Assembly: GCF_009914755.1 (NCBI RefSeq)
Contig: NC_060926.1
DNA length: 64,000 bases
Direction: 5' to 3' (one strand)
Source: the human T2T-CHM13v2.0 reference genome, Homo sapiens
The notes below the pieces were generated by a model, which was not told the DNA's origin, did not search any database, and saw nothing but the letters and a program-made list of their open reading frames with translations. How positions within the stretch are numbered: the first letter of the stretch is position 1; every line of letters starts with the position of its first letter. The position numbers were made by a program, and so were the translations under genes. This document shows, piece by piece, positions 1 to 15,984 of this stretch.

Positions 1-81
1 CTGACAGGGTTTGCATGCAGGGTAGGGAGAAACAGGATCTGTAATGGTTTTGTAGCCACTCCCCTCCAAATTCTATAACAG

Positions 82-608
82 TGTGGTCGATTAAAGATGG
101 TGGCAAACTCTTTTTCTTCTTCACATTGGGAAACGACGTCTAATTTTCTTCCCCTTGAATCTGAATTGGTCTTAGTGACTTGCATGATCAATGGAATGCA
201 GCAGAAGACGTGCTGGGAGTTTCAACACTACTTCTTGATTTTTACCCAGGACTCTTAAAATGTTCTCTCTGCTACTATGTAACTAGCTGCTACAACAAGG
301 AGGATGCTGCGGAGGCCACATGGAAGTCCTTTGGTAGATGGTTCCAGTAAGGCTCAACCTTGCAGTCATTTTTGACTGGGCAGACATATGAGTGAAGTCA
401 TCCTGGGCCCTCCAGCCCAGCCCGCCTGAGAGCCGAATACTAACAAAGGTACTCTATTGATGCCACCGGGAAGAGAAGAACAGCCCGGCCAAACCCTGCT
501 GGAATTCTTGACCCATGAAATTCTGATATAACTAGTTATCAAATGGCTATTATTTTAAGCTACTAAGTTTTAGAGCAGTCTTGTAAGCAGCAATAATTTA
601 CCAGAACA
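82..608 (+). mobile_element. MLT1 (ERVL-MaLR) solo LTR, MLT1G/H-like
   Basis: Starts tgtggtcgattaaagatgg, contains ccccttgaatctg, ends ttttaagctactaagtttt...agcaataatttaccagaaca. Confidence 0.75.
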
Positions 609-1069
609 CACAGTGATATATTGATCTTTGTACTTAAAAGCAACAGAATGAGGTGGAAGAAAAGGAGGATGTGCTGATTGGAGAAGGCAAAGGAGGAGAA
701 GTGGAAAAAATTCTCTGAAAAGAGATCATAAATGCCACGGACACCAATAAAAGATGAACTAGAGATTTAGAGGACCCACAGTAAGTTAAAAAAAATCCGA
801 GTCCAAAGTTTTTTGCAGGCTGCTACTGTGATTTTGGGTGACTCAACAACTTTGGCCCAACTTCTTAGAGATTCAGAGAGAAAATGGCAGTAAAATTTCA
901 CCTCATGCAGATGCTGTGAACAGTAATGAATAAACATGACAAATAAATATGCTGCAAACAAGAGCTAAAAATGCTATGTAAGAAGCAATCTTTGCACCTA
1001 CTAAAAATCTTTCATCAGATGATTTCAAATTGGAGGTGTCTCAGGAGAAAAAAAACACTGAAAATACAA

Positions 1070-2341
1070 ACAGATTTTATTTTTTGTACTTTTATTGAAA
1101 AGGTACATTTAAAAAAATACACAGACATTTTACCATTTACAGGTTGCAGATATAGATGCTCTAAAAGAGTCCACTCTATTTTGTTGTTCTATGATAACTC
1201 TTGCCCCTGATATCACAAACATTCCAGTCTTGTTGATATCGGCTTAGAAAGGGGGGCATGGGAGCATGACCTGCAATATATTCAGCGAACAGAAAGACAA
1301 ATTGTTCAATTATAAATTTTTTTATCTTCTGTACATTATTGCATTAGGGAGCCACAAAATTATGTAGCATCATTACAAATGAAAACAGGTTAAAAATGAA
1401 GAAGATACTTATATAGAAATACATGGATTCATTGTCTTCTTGCAGAATGCACAAGAGGTGCAAAAATGTGCAATTTAGGAAGCTCTTTTTCTGTTTGTAT
1501 ACGTTTGCTTAGCAACACAAACCAGTGAGGAAGCTACAAAATAAGTTAAACAAAAATAGCAAACAGGTAGTAATTATAGCTATGTTATATGGCTTTCTAT
1601 TTCATTTAAATATCTCCAAATAAAATGTGAAATAAAGAAAATACATTATTTTATCTTTTATTCTCTTACAGAGAAAATTCAAAGCTACTTTGCTTCCTAA
1701 CATTTACACAGCAACTAAAAATGTTTAATTCAGACAAGAGATACAGATCTAGTACTACACAGGATACAGCAGTACTTGGGTCGAAACAGTACACAATCCC
1801 TGTCAACAACAGTACACCAAAAAGAGAACTTTGTGATCCGTTGGTAAGATAGTATCCACAAGTAAGCACTTGTGTTCACTGTTTTTTGTTCCACACTAGA
1901 ATACACCCAGTTGGATACCAGAGTTATTTACAGACATCTGAGGAAGATCCTAGTTTTCAAGTCTGTCAGGAAAATATTCCATATTGTTTTAAGCCAGATC
2001 ATACCCATGGAAAAATAGAGAATGGTTTTCTTTCTTTTTCTTTCTGACCAATACATGCTCAAGAAATCAAATATCTGAGATACACAAATTGAACGCGGTA
2101 GGGTGGGGGAGGAAGTAGGGAGATAAAGCCTATGCTGCTGATTCCTCAATTATAGGAGCAGTCTCTAAAAGCCCTCGTCAATCTAGTGATGTGTTTCTCT
2201 CTGGAATTGGGGGACTGGGTGGTGGGCTGCATTTTGTGGGTGAATGGGGGTACTGCAACACAAACTGCTTAAATTGCTGAATCCTTGTGGCTTTCTTTCT
2301 CAACTTCCTACTGGCCTCAAACGTCTTGGGGTTTGCAGACG
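1070..2341 (-). other. ZNF385B: ZNF385B 3'UTR (3' end approximate)
   Basis: Repeat-free AU-rich stretch after the stop codon, ending at poly(A) signals with a U/GU-rich downstream tract. Confidence 0.8.
1076..1096 (-). terminator. Distal polyadenylation signals (two AATAAA)
   Basis: tttatt on + at 1091-1096 and 1076-1081. The minus-strand downstream element is ctgttttgtattttcagtgttttttttt. Confidence 0.8.
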
Positions 2342-2560
2342 TTAGTACGGAGCAAAGAGGATGGAGGCAGGAGTGGCGCGGATGGGCCCATGCCCAGGCC
2401 TCAGAAGAGCTGGAGGAATGGCTGGAGCCTGGAAGAGCGAGGCAGAGGGCCGGGGTGGGAGTGACAGCGCTGAGGACACGGCTGCCGCCGCTGCGAGAGG
2501 TGAGGACAGGAAGGCTGGGGCCAAAGGCTTCATCATATCTTTCTGGAATGCAAGTTTTGC
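2342..2560 (-). CDS. ZNF385B: ZNF385B last coding exon: AKLAFQKDMMKPLAPAFLSSPLAAAAAVSS...GPIRATPASILFAPY-stop
   Basis: Acceptor cccttag|GCA and TAA at 2342-2344. The C-terminus PGHGPIRA...LFAPY is typical of the ZNF385 family. Confidence 0.97.
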   Translation of the reverse strand, partial: AKLAFQKDMMKPLAPAFLSSPLAAAAAVSSALSLPPRPSASLFQAPAIPPALLRPGHGPIRATPASILFAPY

Positions 2561-3967
2561 CTAAGGGAGGGAGAAAACCAGGAATGGGGTGGAGATCCTG
2601 TTTTTGAATAACAGCACCACAGGCATCTTTTCATAAGTAAAACACCAACATTAAGAAGTCTTAAATTTTGAAAATCTTCACTCTCAGAAGTCAAGAAATG
2701 ATTATTTTCACAATGCTGGTTTCAGTGGCTCATGGCATAGCTTTCTTTTATTTGGTGGTCTTTGCTCCTGTGTGCTAGGGCACAGGGAAAGGCCTCTGAA
2801 TAAATTCTAAAGCTATTTTATGCTGCTGCTCACCAGGAAAAAAAACATGCCCAGAAGTTTCCAGCTTAGATGATGAAGTTCAATGCAAAATTCAGGCTTG
2901 TCTTAAACCATGACGAGACCTAGAGACTTTTGTTTTGTTTTTTGAGAATAAGTGTGATCCTTCCCTTCTCTTAGATAAGCTGCATTGAGGTTAGGTAATG
3001 AGTTCAGGACTTTAGGGACCCTGAAGAGTCAAGAAAACAGTCAGTTCACACCTCTCTCACTGGCTACTTAATGAGTAGTCCTTGAAAAATCACAGCTAAA
3101 TCAAATTTCTGTTGTTGAGAATGATTGTAAGTGGGTAGAAACTCTCTATTTAACGGAATGCCAGGATGGAATCCTCCTGTGAAGAAATCAATCCTTAATT
3201 TCTCTCTCTTGCAATCAGGAGGAGCATTGCAAGCTGGATTTGCTTAATGCAGGTAACACCTGCTTGCAGCATCAGACAGAGGCTTTGGAGAAGCTGGAAG
3301 GTAATCTCAGAATTGCCTCCAGCTGGACAAGCTCAGCTTCATCCTCAGACTGAACACTGCACTGGGCCCAGTCCCAGGGAGATTGTGAAATCTATCCATC
3401 TTGGTATTTATATGACACTTATTGCTGGAGTCCCTAGGTGTTTTTGCAAAGACACTGAAAATAGCACATATTGAGAGCAGATAAAACAGGCTAATTACCA
3501 ACATGCCTGCTAGAATGGAGAGAGCACACGATACAGACACCGCTTTACCTTCTCATGCCAAATAATAATAATAATAAAAAACAGAAAGCATGAGGATATT
3601 AAATTAAATGGATGGATTTTTGTTTTATGAAAGAAATCCCTCTTTCCAGGTTCAGCATTCCAGGATTCCTTAGGCATCACTTGTCCTTGTTCCTGAGCCT
3701 TTACTTTATATGCTAAAGAGGATAGTCTTTTGAAAACAACTTGGTAAAGAGTAAAATATTAGCTCTTAAAGAGGTTCAGTTTCTGTTTTCTAAGTAAGTT
3801 GCCCTATAGCAGGAACTAAGCAGTTCATTCTAAAACTTCTGTCTATGAGGGCTATTTAAATTTGAAACCTTTCATGACATTAGACTCTATGCCCTCCTTG
3901 CCCACAATGGCTGCCCAACCCAGCAAGGCTGCCCCACAAAACAGGTGAGCAGGTGAGGTAAACTTAC

Positions 3968-4069
3968 TGCTAGAATACTCGGGCTCCGCTGGAGTTTGTT
4001 GTAAGGGCTGTATTTTGGCTTCAGTGGTTTCCCTGCAACTCGATCTTTATGCCTTCGGCTAGAAATGTG
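3968..4069 (-). CDS. ZNF385B: ZNF385B coding exon (102 bp): HISSRRHKDRVAGKPLKPKYSPYNKLQRSPSILA
   Basis: Hand translation. Acceptor tttttcag|CAC and donor GCA|gtaagt. Supplies both His ligands of finger 4. Confidence 0.96.
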
Positions 4070-4641
4070 CTGAAAAAGTTTGATGCATTAGCTGGACTGA
4101 AATGTGAGTCTTATTCCATGTAAAACGTATTTCTAGGTAGCTATTTTCTCCATTGCCAACTCTAGGTCCATAGTTCCACGATGGTGTGGGTAAAATCATT
4201 ATGATTTCTAAATTAAGACTTAGTCCTCCCTCAATTGTAATGCCCCTCTGTCCCCCTCCTGTTCTCTATAGCCCTTATCAGATTTTGCCTGGTATTACCA
4301 CTGTTACTGATGAGTCTCTCTAATCAGATTTTGAGCCTTTGGAAGATAGGCTTAACATCTTACCTTACCAGAAGCTCCTGCTCAACTGTAGGCTCCAGTG
4401 ACTACTCTTCCTATCTCTCCAACATCTAGCCTGGAACCTGACATATAGTAACAGTAGATGCTCAAATATTTCATACTGACTTTTTCTTCCATGTTAGCAC
4501 CTATATGTTGCATATTGTCTGCATCCTACAAAAGTTAGTCAACTTAACTGTGAGCACAGTAAAAACCATTCTATAGATGAGAAGATACACAGTCAAGTGG
4601 TGACCTAAAACAATAATGTTTACTAATTCAGGATACGTTAC

Positions 4642-4820
4642 CTGTTTGAGTTGAATTTCTGAATTAACATGAACATCACAGATTTCACAATGAAATGTCT
4701 TGTTCTGTAGTCCTGACCCCTTACTGCCATTCTGCATCTTTAATCTTGATCCAGGTCTAGGATAGGATTTAATTGGACCAGCCCCATTACGAGCTTCAAC
4801 CATGGTCTTGTGTTTAGATC
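4642..4820 (-). CDS. ZNF385B: ZNF385B coding exon (179 bp): SKHKTMVEARNG...FHCEICDVHVNSEIQLKQ
   Basis: Lies within ORF 4501..4839. Acceptor tgtcttag|GA and donor CAG|gtaacg. Frame is continuous with neighbouring exons. Confidence 0.97.
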
Positions 4821-5616
4821 CTAAGACAGAAAGAGACACATATTAAATAGCTATCCAAGAATTATATAAAGCTCTTTGTTTTCTTATCCTTGAGAAGTTT
4901 ACCTGCAGGCTAAAATTCCCAATGCTTTTTTAAAAATGATCACTTTAATGCTGATTTTAAATTTAACACGTTATTGTAAAAAATGGAAAAATGTAAGCGT
5001 ATATAATAAAGAAAATATACAGAAACATAAGGAAATAAAGATGACTCATATTTTCACTACTCAGAGGTAACCACTATTATCATTCTAGGGTATTTCTTGT
5101 CAGTTTCTTTTTTTTAATGTACTAAAAACAGTTTTCATAATGGGGATCATACTAATTAAATATCCTGAAAATTTCACATAGCAAATCATGTACATATTTT
5201 CTGATCATTATGTTTTAATGGCTGATTAACATGTATCATATTGGGTTACTATATTCAGTATTTCCCTACTGGTGGGCTTTAGGTTGTTTCCATTTTTTTC
5301 TCTTTTAAGTGTATTGCAGTGAACATTGTGCATAAATATTTATCTTCATCTCTGTCACTTCATCAAAATGAGTTTTGGACAGTATTAGATGTTTTTAAGA
5401 AAATAAAGAATAGAACAAGTTTGATCTCCAAACTGCTTTTGTCTTGCTAGTTCCAAAGTCATATGATCATACTTTTCTAAAATCACTCCTTTGAATCAAA
5501 AAAGTAGAGAAGCATGGAACAAACCTAAGGTCTGAACAACAAAAGATATGGTATTCTGATGGGAAAAGTTGGGTTTTGTTATAAACATTATTTAAATGCA
5601 AAAGATAGCTGCTAAC

Positions 5617-5862
5617 CTGTGTTGTGTGCCTCTAGCTGTGACAGGGAGTTCACAGCCACTTTGCATAGTGAACAATAAAGTAATTTTTTGGCTTTTTCTT
5701 CTTCTGATTCAACAACAGTACCGGGAGCTCCATTTGTGCTCTTGGAGGGAGAAGTGGCTGCTCCAGGTGGCAGGGGTGTTGTGCCAGATTTGAGGAGAAA
5801 TGAGCCACTTTCAGAGCTTGATGGCTGACTGGAACTGCTGGCTTTTAACTTCCCTTTATCTT
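5617..5862 (-). CDS. ZNF385B: ZNF385B coding exon (246 bp): EDKGKLK...LYCSLCKVAVNSLSQLEAHNTG, Ser-rich linker and most of zinc finger 3
   Basis: Lies within ORF 5612..5875. Acceptor tctcttag|AAG and donor ACAG|gttagc. CxxC...H motif. Confidence 0.97.
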
Positions 5863-7649
5863 CTAAGAGAAACACAGAGAGATCTTATTGAAGCCTCATA
5901 TATCATATAAACAAAGATAAATCACCATAGATGAATTAAAAATAGAAATTTGATTCTTATGTGAAGTTTTTATTGCAGCATAGATTTCAGTTTATAGAGG
6001 TTAAATCAACCTCTATGTTTAAATCAAACAGAACACTATGCCATCAGTTTCCATATTAGGTCATCCCAAGATAAGGATGACTTATGAAAAATGACTTTGT
6101 TCTCCCAGTTGGAGCAGGTAACTTTCTGTCTGAAATCCTTGAGTCATAAATTACTCTACAAGGAAATATTTATTATTAAACAAAACCACCTTCCCTCTGA
6201 TACAATTACATGATATGAAGGTAACATGAAAGAAGCCATTAGGCCATGTTAGTTTCATTTGACTACTTATGTTTAATTATGACAGAGATAAGTTAAACTT
6301 AATTTTTATACCAAGTTAAAATTTTAACTGTGGATTGTGGGATAGAAGAAACATGGTTAATTTTGATTATGATTAGTTAAGTTTTTGCTGCTCTGTGGAT
6401 GGCAATGCAATTTATCCAAAATATAAGAGACCAAGCTTCCATTCATTATCTTTATTAATTACCACCAGTCTAAATCAAAAGTTTTAAATAATGACATTAA
6501 CCATAAGCACAATATGAAGATTAGCCAAGTCATTTAAAGACATTTTGGCAGTTTGATCATGTAGCTATTAAATGCTTATAATCCTCAAGGCCCATGTGCA
6601 GGCTATGAGAGTTAGAGTGACTTTAACAGAATCTAACTCATTGAAGTTCATTTGCTATTCAAGACAGGCTCTGTTCAGTGACTCCTTTGGGAAACAAACT
6701 GGGGCTTTGTAAGCAACAGCAAAATCCATCACACATTTAATCCTAGTAGAGCTGGTACTCTTAGAAAATGTCTATAGATATGCTGATTAACTCTCATAAA
6801 GAGAGAAAGGGAATTAAATCTGAGAATATATTTGCTAATTGCCTTAGCTAATTTGGAATTGTATACCATTGGCCTAGAAGACTAAGAGGGAAGGAGAGAC
6901 TAGGCAACAGCAATGTGGTGTGTGTTTCTGTGTGTATGTTACAAGGTTCTGTATATGGGTAAACCTAAGCTTTTAGAACACATTGCAAATGATGGGAGAT
7001 CATATTTCTACTAAAATATTACATAAAGAAAAGCCAAATTGATTTAGGAATCAGCAGTTGATTTCCATCCTTTTTTTTTTTTTGAGTTGGATCCATTCAG
7101 GTTGAGACTAGACACAGCTAGAGGGTGCTATGGAGGGATTCCAAATCTGGGTTTACTTAGAATAAATGAATACTGAGATTCTTTTTTATTCTTAGGTTGC
7201 ACATTCCATATTCCCTTTCAGTGACTGTACTAAAACTTCAGGATGACAAAAAATATGATGGAAAAGCTCTTAGACTTTTATTAAACTGACCTGTATAGTG
7301 TGAGAGAAGGACATAAAATGATTCTTCCTAATTGGTAATAGTCAGCAAATTAGATTGGATAATATTTTAGGCCTGGAACCCTCTCATCTATAAGGATCCC
7401 TCAGATTGAATTTGCAATCTTACAGAACTCATAAAGCAGCAAAATAATTCAGTAATCTTAATATTTGGAATTACTCAGTTTCTTGTGATGAAAATTAAAG
7501 TTATTACATACTAAAATCTTTCCTTGCTTCAAGCATTTCATATGAATTTGATCTAAAAGAATCTGATCTGTTTCAGCCATTGACAGCATTCTCTCATATT
7601 ACTAATAATGTCCCTTATACTAATGTCCCTCATAAACCCTTAAATTTAT

Positions 7650-7815
7650 ATAGAACTTTACAGTTTACAAAGTGCTATCACTTACATTGTCTTATTAGCT
7701 CTCACAGAAAACTTGTGAAATAGGTAAGGCTCAAAATGATTATTCCTATCTTAAAGATGAGGAAACTGAGCCTTTTCAAAATTAAATAATGTCCCACAGA
7801 TTAGTAAGTGGCATA
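7650..7815 (-). mobile_element. MIR
   Basis: MIR core aagatgaggaaactgag. Confidence 0.65.
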
Positions 7816-8330
7816 AATGAGCATGATGTTTTCTCTAACTGATCAGTCTGTGGTACACTAATATTTCAGCACAAAAGGAGGACTTAATATATCACTAGTG
7901 ATATAAAAGTACACAACAGTCACCCTAGATGTGAAATAGCAGTTGCTTTGTTTTACAATTGTAGGTTAGTTTTTAAAGTATATTTATTTGGTGTAAGTGA
8001 AAATATCTATCCTGCTCAACAATCATTTGATTTAGGTTATATTGAGAACATGTATAAAATTATATATTTTCTCTATGTTCCTATTTCTTTAAGAAAAATA
8101 TTTCCTTTTCATATCTTGTTTTCAAAGGGGTAATTTATGAATTAACAAGTACATATTAACAATATGTTAATTGCTGACAATGTGCTAGACACTAAAGAGA
8201 ATAGTAAATAAAGTAAGTATGGACTATAAGAAAATTACAGCATAGCAGGAGGAAATGAGACAGTCATTCAAAGATCTCTAATTTACAACAGAAACTGGTA
8301 AGAGGCGTGAGAGCATAGAGCAGAAAATGA

Positions 8331-10360
<2,030 letters not shown>

Positions 10361-11874
10361 AAGAAAATGAGTGGGAAGAAAATGAGTGGGAAGTGAATGG
10401 TTGGAAGCAGAAACATAAGGAAATACCTAGGTATCAGAAATCTTGGGGTTTTCTTGGTGAATACCTGGTAGTTGAGCATAGAGCTGGCAACAAGTGTAAT
10501 GGGAGATATTATTATAGATGTCAATTGAGCCAGAAGGCAGAGAATATCTTAAAACTATTAAAACATATACTAAGGGCAGACACTTTCCTTTTAAAATTGA
10601 GATGTATAGTATGTTTAACACTTACATGGTCTAAAATTCAGATAAATTATGTTTTAAATTTTTTTTCTCAGATAGGCCAGAGTCTTAATCTTTGAGAATA
10701 TTAAGGAAAAATGTTGACTTTGGAAATGTGTAAATGATTTTACCCTATTTAGGAAATTCTGTTATTGGATAGATACTATCTAGTCAATAAAACAGATCCT
10801 AAAATTTGAAAAGTCACTGATATATTTATATATTTGAATAGTGGCATTCTTTCTCAATATGCAAATGTATAAACTTCAAAGCCTAATCTTATTATTTCTT
10901 ATCTTAATTGCTTGATATTTTTATGAAAATCCATTGTATTATTCCTCATTCCTTACTGGTATTTTAAAAGCCTCTTCGTGTATTTGAAAGTTTAATTAAT
11001 GTACTGTTTACTTCTGTTTCTCTTAATAAAGATGCATGTCATCTGGAACTTCTGGTTAAGATGAAATCCATTTTCAAGTATTCCCTCACCTAATGTTAAT
11101 TAGCAGGTTTTCTGACTGTCCTAATTATTTCTTGATTACTCAAACACATTTAGAAGGCTTTATCCTACAGGATTTTGAAGGAAAATTTGCTTAGCTACAT
11201 CAGAATTGTTCGTTGTAACAAATATCCATAATTTATGCATCCAAGTGAATTTATTTCTTCAAAGTAGTGTCCTTGGGAAGTTCCATACTGATTCATTTAT
11301 TTTCCAAAGCTCCAAATGCTTGAAAACTCTTTTCTTTGATACTCCTTTTATGTCCACTTCATAAGCCATGTAAAGAAAACCAGTCTTCAAAATGTATCAC
11401 CCTTATTTCTTACTCCAAAATCTTTACTCAAATTAATCCACCTTATTCATCAAACTTAGCACTATACTACTCAAACACAGCCTCAGAAGACTAATATGCT
11501 AAGATAAAAAGAATATACCAGAAGCTCTAAAAAGAAGTTTTAAGAAACCAATCCTCTTGGCATATGGAAGAGTCATGTCCATACCTAGGTCTTAATTTTA
11601 AAAACAATAAAAAATTAATATTCTACCTACAATGTAGGTCCTATATTTTGAATTAGAACTTTGAAAGCTGTAATCAAATTTTTATTATTTGACTTGTAAG
11701 ATTTGCTTTTGAGTTTAATTTTATTTATGTAATAAGATTTTCTAATCAGAATTCAGTGGTTAATAACAGATACATATTTTATACAATAAATTCATGCTCA
11801 CTGCAGAAAATTTAAAAAATGAAGTCAGACAAAAATTTTAAATTATTAAAATTACTCATGATTCTATCATCTAG

Positions 11875-12068
11875 AATAAAAGTTGGTAAACTTTTTCTGT
11901 ACAGCCCCAGAAGACACGTTAAGCTTTGTGGCTATACTGTCTCTGTTGTAACTACTCAACTCTGCTTTGTAGCAGGAAAGCAGCCACTGGCATGGCTGTG
12001 ATCCAGTAAAATTTTACTTATGAAAATAGGTGGCAGGCAATATTTGGATCACAGGCAATAGTTTTGAA
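11875..12068. mobile_element. MER58A-like hAT-Charlie MITE
   Basis: aaactttttctgta...gtctctgttgtaactactcaactctgc...ggcatggctgtg matches the MER58 consensus. Confidence 0.7.
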
Positions 12069-12329
12069 CTAGCATTATGATATTTTGGTATACATTACTC
12101 TACACTATTTTTTACATAATAGCAAATATGAATATACAGAAACATACTGTTCTGTAACTAATATTTTTCACTTAGGAATAAATCAAGAACATTTTCCATG
12201 TCAATAAATGCAGAACTGGATTAAGATTTCTAACACCAAATGATATTTATTTATATGAATGTACTATATTCAGCAATCTTCTTTTGATATTTTGGTTATC
12301 TCTGGTTTGCACTTTTGTTAATGTTAAAA

Positions 12330-13260
12330 GGATACCGAACGAGACTTCTGTGGCCTCAATGAAGGACACAACTGAGAATTGAAAGCAACTGGTATTTAGT
12401 ATTACAGCATGTTAGAGAAAGTTCCTCAGAAACCCCCAACACAGTCCTGCAGGATTTATAAAATTTAGTAGAACTGGTCCAGCTGCCAGCACCCTATCAC
12501 CCACCTGTCCAGGCCTTATAAAGTAGTCTGAAGATGGGAGGACTCACTAGAGTCATTAATTTCTGGTCTGGTTGGGAGCTTCTGAATCCCAAACTAATAA
12601 AGCTAGAAATGGAGGTAAGAAGGGGACACTGGGATTTCATTCCCCAGTTAGACTACTGCAGGTCTTGGCAATTTGTTCCTCACTTGTGGTCGGAGGGAGA
12701 TTGTGTTGGAGCAAGAAAGGTAAGAAGGAGAAGAACCTATAATCTCAGTTTGGCATAACAAAGTTGAGTAAGATTTCTTTGGGCCAACAGGATGATTTGA
12801 AAGGTGGCCTGGCTCAAATCATGTTGTTAGTGCCCAACATAAGAAGTCTGATCACTAGGACCTTGGCAGCAAGAGGCTGAAGTGTGGACCTTTAGTGGCA
12901 CAAGCTGAGGAAGGGTTGTAAGAGGTCAGGGAACAAGCCTTATGAAGAATTCACACATTGTCCCTGAGAGAGTCAGACAGCATCTGGACATCTGTCACTC
13001 AGAGGACAACCATAATTGTCATTAAGTACAAAAGCATTTGCCCCTTTTTCTCCTCTAATTCCTCCTCTTATCCCTAACAATGGAAAGCGCAAGAATCAGA
13101 AAGCATGGAACACGGAAGAAAGAGCAGACCATGCCCCTTTTCATGGTTCAACCTGAGCCAGAAAAAAGGGAGTGTTCAATTGGATAAGAGCCTAAAGTTT
13201 CAAATAAGACCAGACTTTCTGATATCTGACAATGTCTTTGAGGAATGAGAAAGGGAGATT
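12330..13260. mobile_element. Probable ancient LTR (family not resolved)
   Basis: Higher-GC block interrupting old L1ME-like sequence. Recognition is weak. Confidence 0.3.
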
Positions 13261-14359
13261 CAACAGAGTGTACAGTCATGTGTCACATAATGACATTTCA
13301 GTCAATGATAGACTGCATATACAATGGTGGTCCCATAAGATTATAAAGGAGCTGAAAAATTCCTATTGCCTAGAGATGTGGTAGCTGTCATGATGTTGTA
13401 GTGCAACACATTACTCATGTGCTTATGGTGATTCTGGTGTGAACAAACCTACTGTGCCACCAGTCATATAAAAGTATAGCACACACAATTATGTAAGGTA
13501 TATAATACTTGATAATAATAAATGACTGTGTTACTAGTTTATATATTTACTATACTATGCTTTTTATAATAATTATTTTAGAGTGTACTCCTTCCATTTA
13601 TAAAAAAAATTAAAGTTATCTGTAAAATGGCCTCAGGCAGGTTCTTCAAGAGGTATTCTAGAAGAAGGCATTGTTATCATTTATGACAGCTCCACTGTGT
13701 AATTGTGCCTGGAGACCTTCCAGTGGGTTAAGATGTGGAAATGGAGGACAGTGACATTAATGATCCTGACCCTGTGTAGGCCTAGGCTAATATGGGTGTT
13801 TGTGTCATAGTCTTTAATAAAAGAGTGTAAAAAGTGAAATAAATAAATAAATTTAAAGATAGAAAAGAGCTTAGAGAATAAGAATATAAAGAATTTTTGT
13901 AGCACTCTACAGTGTGTTTATGTTTTAAGCTAAGTGTTATTACAAAAAAGTCAAAAGTTTAAAAACATTTGGAGTTTATAAAGTAAAAAGGTTACATTAA
14001 GCTGAGGTTAATTTATTGCTGAAGAAAGAATTTTTCTAAAAATAAATTTAGTGTAGCCTGAGCATATAGTGCTTATAAAGTCTACAGTAATATCCTAGTA
14101 CAGTAAGTGTATAGGAATGTCCTGGGCCTTCACATTCACCACTCACTCACTGACTCACCCACAGCAACTTCCACCTCTACAAGTTCCATTCATGGTAAAT
14201 GCTCTATACAAGTATGCCATTTTTTTATCTTTTATACAATATTTTTATGGTACCTTTCCTATGTTTAGATACACAAATGCTTATTGTTGTGTTGCAATTG
14301 CCTACAGTATTTAGTACAGTAACCTGTTATATAGGTGTGTAGCATAGGAGCTAAATAGT

Positions 14360-15040
<681 letters not shown>

Positions 15041-15984
15041 TATTTAGCTTAGGCCTGTAGTAGGCTGTACTGCCTAGATGTGTGTGAGTACTATACACTG
15101 AATGATGTTTGCACAATGACAAAATAGCCTAAAAATGCATATCTCGGAATGTATCTGCATTGTTAAGCAACACATGGCTGTATAGGCTATCATGTTTGTA
15201 CCTCATTGAATTCATATATTCAATAAACCAGTTATATAAACAGCATTATATTCAGACATCTCTGAAAACTCATCTGATAATTTCCTCAGGACATGAACTT
15301 TGAAGAAAAATTGCTGGGACAAAGATTGTGTACATTTCTGAGCTTTTGATGCATATACCAAATTGCCCTCCAGAATGGTCATACAAATGAATACTCTTAG
15401 GAGTGTCACAAAAGATCATGGCTTCCCTGTGCCTTTATCAGCCTAATTATCTATTGCCTTTACCTATCCAACAGACATAATATGGTATCTCATTGTTAAT
15501 TTGATTGGTATTTATTTTATCACTAAAACAGAAGAATATTGTTTTGTAAGATTAATGATGCTTTGTACCTCAACGTAATTTTAAAAATTTTTATTACTCT
15601 GAAAGGAAACAAAAATCTTAAATACAGTTTTAAATGTTAAAACATTGTACACTAAAGTAAAAAACTTTATAATAATAAACTTCCTTTATACAAACCTAAT
15701 AATGTTAAGTTGGTTGAACCATTGTTCTTAAAAGCTGAAATCAGTATTGCAGTCATTATTTGAAAATTTGCTTTACGCAGAGCAAAAATACTAGCCTAAT
15801 GGCTGTTCCAGGCAATTATATCTTACAATAATGGTAAATGTAACAATAATAATCACAAATCAACCACTCATAGTAATTGAGCACTCACTATAGACCAAGC
15901 ACTATTTTAAGAATTTATAGTCATTATCTAATTTATTTTTCAAACACTATGAGATAGAAACTGTTACTATCTGTACTTTTAAAC

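Noticed and set aside
2287-2607. Plus-strand ORFs of 106 and 67 aa
   Set aside because: Antisense shadows of the GC-rich last ZNF385B exon.
4501-4641. ORF extension VTYPELVN... past the exon
   Set aside because: Intronic read-through beyond a good donor (CAG|gtaacg), with no support as coding.
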